A stretch of 64,000 nucleotides of DNA, taken from contig NZ_CP084606.1 in NCBI RefSeq assembly GCF_022376835.1, positions 2,842,739 through 2,906,738 of the forward strand, written 5' to 3'. Positions 59,379 to 64,000 of the stretch are shown here, one piece after another. How positions within the stretch are numbered: position 1 is the first letter of the stretch; each line of letters opens with the position of its first letter. The translations under genes and the position numbers were made by a program. The notes below the pieces were generated by a model. It was not told the origin of the DNA. It saw nothing but the letters and a program-made list of their open reading frames with translations, and made no database searches. The stretch is from Brucepastera parasyntrophica. GTDB taxonomy: Bacteria > Spirochaetota > Spirochaetia > Treponematales > Treponemataceae.

Positions 59379-61988
59379 ATGAAATATTATTCGCAGAGTA
59401 CGAAAGATGTTATGAATGAAATGAAAACATCTTGGGATGGATTGAGCGCTGATGAAGCTTTCCAGCGTCTGCAAAGGGCCGGCGCGAATAAACTTGCGGC
59501 TGCAAAACATAAAAGCCTTTTTGTCCGTTTTCTGGAACAGATCAGGGACCCCATGATTATAGTACTCATTGGCGCCGCTATCCTGTCAGGCGCCTTCGGC
59601 GAAATCGCGGATATGGTTATTATTCTGATTGTAGTTGTTCTGAATGCAGTTCTCGGTATTTTTCAGGAAAGCAAGGCGGAAAAGGCTATCGAAGCCTTGC
59701 AGAAAATGTCCGCTCCGCATACCCGGGTGAAAAGAGACGGCGCGGTTATTGAAATAAAATCGGAAGAGGTTGTCCCTGGTGATATTGTTCTGCTTGAGGC
59801 CGGAGACTCCGTACCTGCCGACATGCGTATTATAGAAGCGGCAAGTCTCAAAATAGAAGAGGCCGCGCTGACCGGCGAATCGGTTCCCGCCGAAAAAACT
59901 GCGGAAGCCCTCCCTCAATCGGAAACGGATATTCCTCTGGGCGACCGGCTAAATATGGCTTATATGGGAACAAACGTTGTATACGGCCGCTGTGAAGGAC
60001 TTGTGATTGCCACAGGCATGTCAACTGAAATGGGAAAAATAGCGGAAATTCTTGCCGATACCAAGGTAGAAAAAACCCCCCTGCAGCAAAAACTTGCGAC
60101 GCTCAGCAAGGTCCTCAGCATTGCGGTGCTGGCTATCTGTATCTTCATTTTTTTCTTCAGTGTATTCAAAAACGGCGGGTTCCACGGCGGTCATGTTTTT
60201 GAAATGCTTTTAACTGCGGTCAGCCTTGCGGTAGCCGCCATCCCCGAAGGACTGGTTGTTGTGGTTACTGTTCTTCTTTCTATTGGCGTTACCAAAATGT
60301 CGGAACGGAATGCAATTATCAGGCGGCTGACAGCCGTAGAAACACTCGGCAGTACGCAGGTTATCTGCTCCGATAAAACAGGGACCATTACCCAGAATAA
60401 AATGACTGTTGTGGACAACACCGGAGATGAAAAACTGCTTGCGACTGCTATGGCGCTCTGCGGGGATGTGCAGGTTGATGATTCCGGAAATCTGCTGGGG
60501 GAACCTACAGAAATGGCCTTGGTTGAATATGCCGTCCGTCTGCATTTGGATAAAAGGGATATGGAAAAAGACTGTCCCCGAATCGGAGAAGCTCCTTTTG
60601 ATTCAATACGCAAAATGATGTCAACCATTCATTCCATGCCTGACGGAACAGTACGGCAATATACGAAAGGCGCTCCTGATGAAATCCTCGCAAGATGTTC
60701 AGGAATTTTCGTTAACGGAAAAGTGATTCCGCTTACCCCTGAACTCCGGGATCAGGTAGCCTCTGAAAACAGAAATATGGCGGGAAAGGCTCTCAGAGTC
60801 CTGGCCGCGGCATGGAAGGATTACGACAAGAAACCCCTGGAGCTTTCGCCTGAAAAACTGGAGAGGGATATGATTTTTATCGGCCTCGCCGGCATGATTG
60901 ATCCGATCCGTCCGGAGGTGAAAGCGGCGGTAGAAAAATGTTACAACGCCGGAATGCGGGCTGTAATGATTACAGGTGACCACCGGGATACGGCGGTCGC
61001 AATAGCCAGGGAACTCGGTATTCTGACTGATGAAAGCCAGGCAATTACAGGGTCTGAACTGTCGCTGCTTTCGGATACGGAATTCGAAGAGCGCATAGAA
61101 CATATTTCCGTTTATGCCCGCGTACAGCCGGAACACAAGGTCCGGATTGTAATGACCTGGAGGAAAAAGGGTAAGATTACTGCGATGACAGGCGACGGGG
61201 TTAATGATGCGCCTGCCCTTAAGTCGGCTGATATCGGCATCGGTATGGGAATCACCGGCACGGATGTTACCAAGAATGTGGCCGACATGGTCCTTGCTGA
61301 TGATAATTTTGCTACTATTGTATATGCAGTTGAGGAAGGCAGGCGTATATATGAAAATATCCGCAAAGCCATTCAGTTTTTGCTCTCCGCCAATCTCAGT
61401 GAGGTAATATCAATCTTTGTTGCAACAGTCGCCGGATTCCGCCTGTTCGCGCCTATTCATATTCTTTGGATTAACCTTATTACCGATACCTTCCCCGCGA
61501 TGGCTTTGGGGATGGAAAATGCTGAACCGGACAGCATGGGAAAACCTCCCCGTAATCCGAAGGAGACAATATTCGCGGACGGACTCGGCATCGCTGTTAT
61601 CTACCAGGGTATAATTATTGCATTGCTGACACTCGGTTCCTTTTTTGTAGGGGTCAGGACATCTCATCTTACCGGAATGACAATGGCTTTTTTAACCCTT
61701 TCCATGTGTGAAATTTTCCATTCAATCAATATGCGGTCAAGGGAAAAATCCCTTTTTGTTCTGAAAGGCCATAATAAATATCTTCTTGGCGCAATGATTT
61801 TATCCTTTGTATTGACGCTGACTGTTATTTATGTTCCCGGCTTGAATGACCTGTTTGCCCTTACGCCCCTGTCTGTTTCTCACTTGCTTATTGCTAATGG
61901 GCTCGCATTTATGATTATTCCGATTGTTGAACTGGTCAAGCTGTGCATGCGACTTTTCAGCAGAAATAAAAAGAAGCAGAGCGAGTAA
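59379..61988 (+). CDS. Ca2+-transporting P-type ATPase (P2A, SERCA/PMR1-like).
   Basis: TGES, DKTGTITQN, TGDGVNDAPALK. Ten TM helices. Confidence 0.85.
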   Translation: MKYYSQSTKDVMNEMKTSWDGLSADEAFQRLQRAGANKLAAAKHKSLFVRFLEQIRDPMIIVLIGAAILSGAFGEIADMVIILIVVVLNAVLGIFQESKAEKAIEALQKMSAPHTRVKRDGAVIEIKSEEVVPGDIVLLEAGDSVPADMRIIEAASLKIEEAALTGESVPAEKTAEALPQSETDIPLGDRLNMAYMGTNVVYGRCEGLVIATGMSTEMGKIAEILADTKVEKTPLQQKLATLSKVLSIAVLAICIFIFFFSVFKNGGFHGGHVFEMLLTAVSLAVAAIPEGLVVVVTVLLSIGVTKMSERNAIIRRLTAVETLGSTQVICSDKTGTITQNKMTVVDNTGDEKLLATAMALCGDVQVDDSGNLLGEPTEMALVEYAVRLHLDKRDMEKDCPRIGEAPFDSIRKMMSTIHSMPDGTVRQYTKGAPDEILARCSGIFVNGKVIPLTPELRDQVASENRNMAGKALRVLAAAWKDYDKKPLELSPEKLERDMIFIGLAGMIDPIRPEVKAAVEKCYNAGMRAVMITGDHRDTAVAIARELGILTDESQAITGSELSLLSDTEFEERIEHISVYARVQPEHKVRIVMTWRKKGKITAMTGDGVNDAPALKSADIGIGMGITGTDVTKNVADMVLADDNFATIVYAVEEGRRIYENIRKAIQFLLSANLSEVISIFVATVAGFRLFAPIHILWINLITDTFPAMALGMENAEPDSMGKPPRNPKETIFADGLGIAVIYQGIIIALLTLGSFFVGVRTSHLTGMTMAFLTLSMCEIFHSINMRSREKSLFVLKGHNKYLLGAMILSFVLTLTVIYVPGLNDLFALTPLSVSHLLIANGLAFMIIPIVELVKLCMRLFSRNKKKQSE

Positions 61989-62276
61989 GCATATCGCCTT
62001 CGTATAGGGCTATTGCCATTCATGTTTATGATTATCTGCGAATACTAAGACCTGTAATTATAAACATGAATGAAAAAAGTAAAAAACAATCATAAAAGAT
62101 TATGGGATATGACAGCCTGTAAAAGCTTTACGAATACGGGAAGAATAATTTTATGGAGTTTGTGTGCAGAGAATGAATCCGGTTGACTGCTGGTAAAGTA
62201 CGTGATATGTAAAAGACATGGCAGAAATTTTCAACATATTATGTTTTAGTCTATTCGGAAATCGGGGAAACTCTGT

Positions 62277-63140
62277 ATGGAAATGCTGAATGATATTATT
62301 GAAACTATTGAAAAGCATCTCCGGGGTCCGCTTGACCTTGCGCGACTTGAAAAAAAGAGCGGCTGGAATAAATATTATCTGCACCACGCGTTTAAATTGG
62401 CGACAGGCTTGCCTTTGATTGAATATGTCCGGGGCAGAAAGCTGACCGAAAGCTTAAAAGATCTGTCTGATACAAATCTCGGAGTAGTCGATATCGCCTG
62501 CGAATATGGATACGGTTTTGAACAGAGTTATATACGGGCCTTTAAATCCCAGTTCGGCATGACACCCTCTGCTTACAGGGCAAATCCGGTTCCTCTGCGC
62601 ATTATTACACAATACGACTGTCTGAGGCACTTTGAATTCAAAAATGGAATTCTTTTTATGCCCCAGTTCGTAAGACTTCCTGCCATAACCCTCGCAGGTA
62701 AACGGTTTATTATTTACAGTGATGAAAACTATAATGAAGGTACCGCAAATATCGTTGGCAGACAAACTTATGAAGAACTGCTGGCTGACTTTCCTGATTT
62801 GCAGGATACGGATTATTATGGCTATGTGGAGGATTCCGAAGAAACCTATGTTTATAATACCTATATGCCTGCCGTTCATATTACAGCCGGCAAGACTGTG
62901 TCTGGAAAATGGGAAACCGTATATCTGCCTGCCGGACAATATGCGAAATTTGTGTATATAGGCTTCCACAGCGCCGCCGAGGTTGATATGAAGAAACTTG
63001 CGGAACTATACGGATTCATAGAAGGCGAATGGGCGGACAAAATTGACCGCAGCCTCAGCAAAATTCATTTTGAACAAATGGAAGTCCCGCCCGCGTATGA
63101 ACCATATTGTGAAATGGGAATTCATTATCCCATTATATAA
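62277..63140 (+). CDS. AraC-family transcriptional regulator with a GyrI-like effector-binding domain.
   Basis: AraC HTH followed by a C-terminal GyrI-like region. Confidence 0.7.
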   Translation: MEMLNDIIETIEKHLRGPLDLARLEKKSGWNKYYLHHAFKLATGLPLIEYVRGRKLTESLKDLSDTNLGVVDIACEYGYGFEQSYIRAFKSQFGMTPSAYRANPVPLRIITQYDCLRHFEFKNGILFMPQFVRLPAITLAGKRFIIYSDENYNEGTANIVGRQTYEELLADFPDLQDTDYYGYVEDSEETYVYNTYMPAVHITAGKTVSGKWETVYLPAGQYAKFVYIGFHSAAEVDMKKLAELYGFIEGEWADKIDRSLSKIHFEQMEVPPAYEPYCEMGIHYPII

Positions 63141-63224
63141 CGGGCATTAAAAAGCTGAATATCTGTTTTCTGATATTCAGCTTTTCAGTGGTTCCGGTAT
63201 ACTGTGTGAAACACGGACAGATAA

Positions 63225-64000
63225 CTAATTGATACTTAAGTTCCTGCTGAAAAAAGGAACGAAGTCTTCTTTCAAAAAGGTATGAGGAATCAGATGTCCG
63301 CCTTCAAAAGTTTTCAGTGTATTTTCAGTTCCGTAAGAATCCAGAAGTTTGTGAAGATATTCGCTGCCCTCCCTGATCCAGGGATAATAGTCCCTGGTCC
63401 CATACATTATCATAATTGCTTTCAGTGAGATTCCTCCGGATTTATAATCATCTATTTTTTTATCCCAGTCACCGAAACCTTTGTTCCAGCGGGCAAGAAT
63501 TTCATTATCTATTTCCGATCCATCGAGTACTGGGATTTCAGCTTTGGGTTTTTCACCAGTCATGTCAGGAGAAAATACAATGCCATATGCTGTCAGAAAG
63601 CCTGAGTCCCATGTCCGCATAATAGCCGGTGTCAATTCTGAATTCGGAAAAACTCCGGGGCCGAGGGCCTGGACACATGAAAAAACATCGGGATGTTTCA
63701 GGGCAAGATTCAGAGTCCCGAAACCGCCCATAGAAAAACCTGCGATTCCTCTTGCTTCTTTTTTTGCTATAGTCCGGTATTTCGAATCAATCAGCGCAAC
63801 AAGTTCCTTTGCGATATAATCTTCATAGTTGCCTGTTGCCGGCGAATTAACGTAAAATGATCCCCTGTACAAATTGCTTCCTTCCGGTTCAACAATAATC
63901 ATTTCTTTTGCATCCTGCCCTGAAAAAGCCTCGTCCGCAAATTCAAGCGAACGCACGAGCTCTCCCGGAACTTCATTATATCCATGAAGAAAATACACAA
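63225..64000 (-). CDS. Esterase (alpha/beta hydrolase, S-formylglutathione-hydrolase-like), 5' end beyond the window.
   Basis: GIAGFSMGGFG nucleophile elbow. The ORF runs off the window edge. Confidence 0.65.
   Translation of the reverse strand, partial: VYFLHGYNEVPGELVRSLEFADEAFSGQDAKEMIIVEPEGSNLYRGSFYVNSPATGNYEDYIAKELVALIDSKYRTIAKKEARGIAGFSMGGFGTLNLALKHPDVFSCVQALGPGVFPNSELTPAIMRTWDSGFLTAYGIVFSPDMTGEKPKAEIPVLDGSEIDNEILARWNKGFGDWDKKIDDYKSGGISLKAIMIMYGTRDYYPWIREGSEYLHKLLDSYGTENTLKTFEGGHLIPHTFLKEDFVPFFSRNLSIN

Noticed and set aside
62017-62072. 13-bp perfect inverted repeat (cattcatgtttat...ataaacatgaatg) after the P-type ATPase gene, as a possible terminator.
   Set aside because: The loop is about 30 nt and no U-tract follows on either strand. 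It is probably just a 3'-UTR hairpin, so it was not called as a terminator.
1-64000. Alternative genetic code (TGA = Trp/Gly), suggested by two in-frame TGA codons in otherwise intact genes.
   Set aside because: Many long ORFs of 500-1100 aa contain no internal TGA and several clearly end at TGA, for example 2201..4852 and 16649... Only the standard code gives full-length catalase, P-type ATPase and the other recognisable genes.
1-64000. CRISPR arrays or rRNA/tRNA genes.
   Set aside because: No regularly spaced direct repeats with unique spacers were found. The palindrome arrays have 31-32-bp units that are themselves inverted repeats and lack spacer diversity, which is unlike CRISPR. No cloverleaf-compatible tRNA candidates and no rRNA-like conserved stretches were seen.

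Overview
This 64-kb window looks like chromosomal DNA from a spirochete, probably Treponema-like. The basis is the GC content near 50%, many lipoproteins with Cys lipoboxes, DUF1566 and Flg_new repeats, and a TatT-TatP-TatQM TPR-associated TRAP transporter (the type described in Treponema pallidum). No rRNA, tRNA or CRISPR was found.

Content, left to right:
- a hypothetical exported/outer-membrane protein, partial at the 5' edge of the window;
- a surface-lipoprotein locus (2.2-12.5 kb): two translationally linked giant Pmp-like beta-helix lipoproteins, then a Flg_new/cadherin-like/DUF1566 lipoprotein;
- an IS110-family (Piv-like, DEDD) insertion sequence next to one of the palindrome arrays;
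- many one-gene regulators (2x TetR, GntR/YtrA, PadR, MerR, AraC, TrpR-like);
- a long minus-strand cluster encoding a type-VII (MacB/LolCDE-like) ABC system with an SPFH protein, cardiolipin synthase, a LolA-like protein and an outer-membrane protein;
- catalase, a minimal SufC/SufBD pair, the TatT/TatP/TatQM transporter, a 946-aa ankyrin-repeat lipoprotein, a MerR-Ca2+ P-type ATPase pair, and an esterase gene truncated at the 3' edge.

Most notable:
1. A 20-bp palindrome (TTACACA-N6-TGTGTAA) forms tandem triplet arrays with 31-32 bp periodicity. The arrays sit in inverted orientation on both sides of the third lipoprotein gene, right next to the IS110/Piv-like recombinase.
2. In-frame TGA codons interrupt both that lipoprotein (exactly at a conserved aromatic position) and the IS110 transposase.
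3. A previously unannotated family of ~100-137 bp structured intergenic repeats (UUCG and GAAG tetraloop hairpins) occurs in 5 co-oriented copies.
4. At least 11 genes carry single-base deletions in homopolymer runs. This very likely reflects sequencing or assembly error rather than pseudogenisation.

Coordinates of sub-gene features were read by eye and are accurate to only a few bp.
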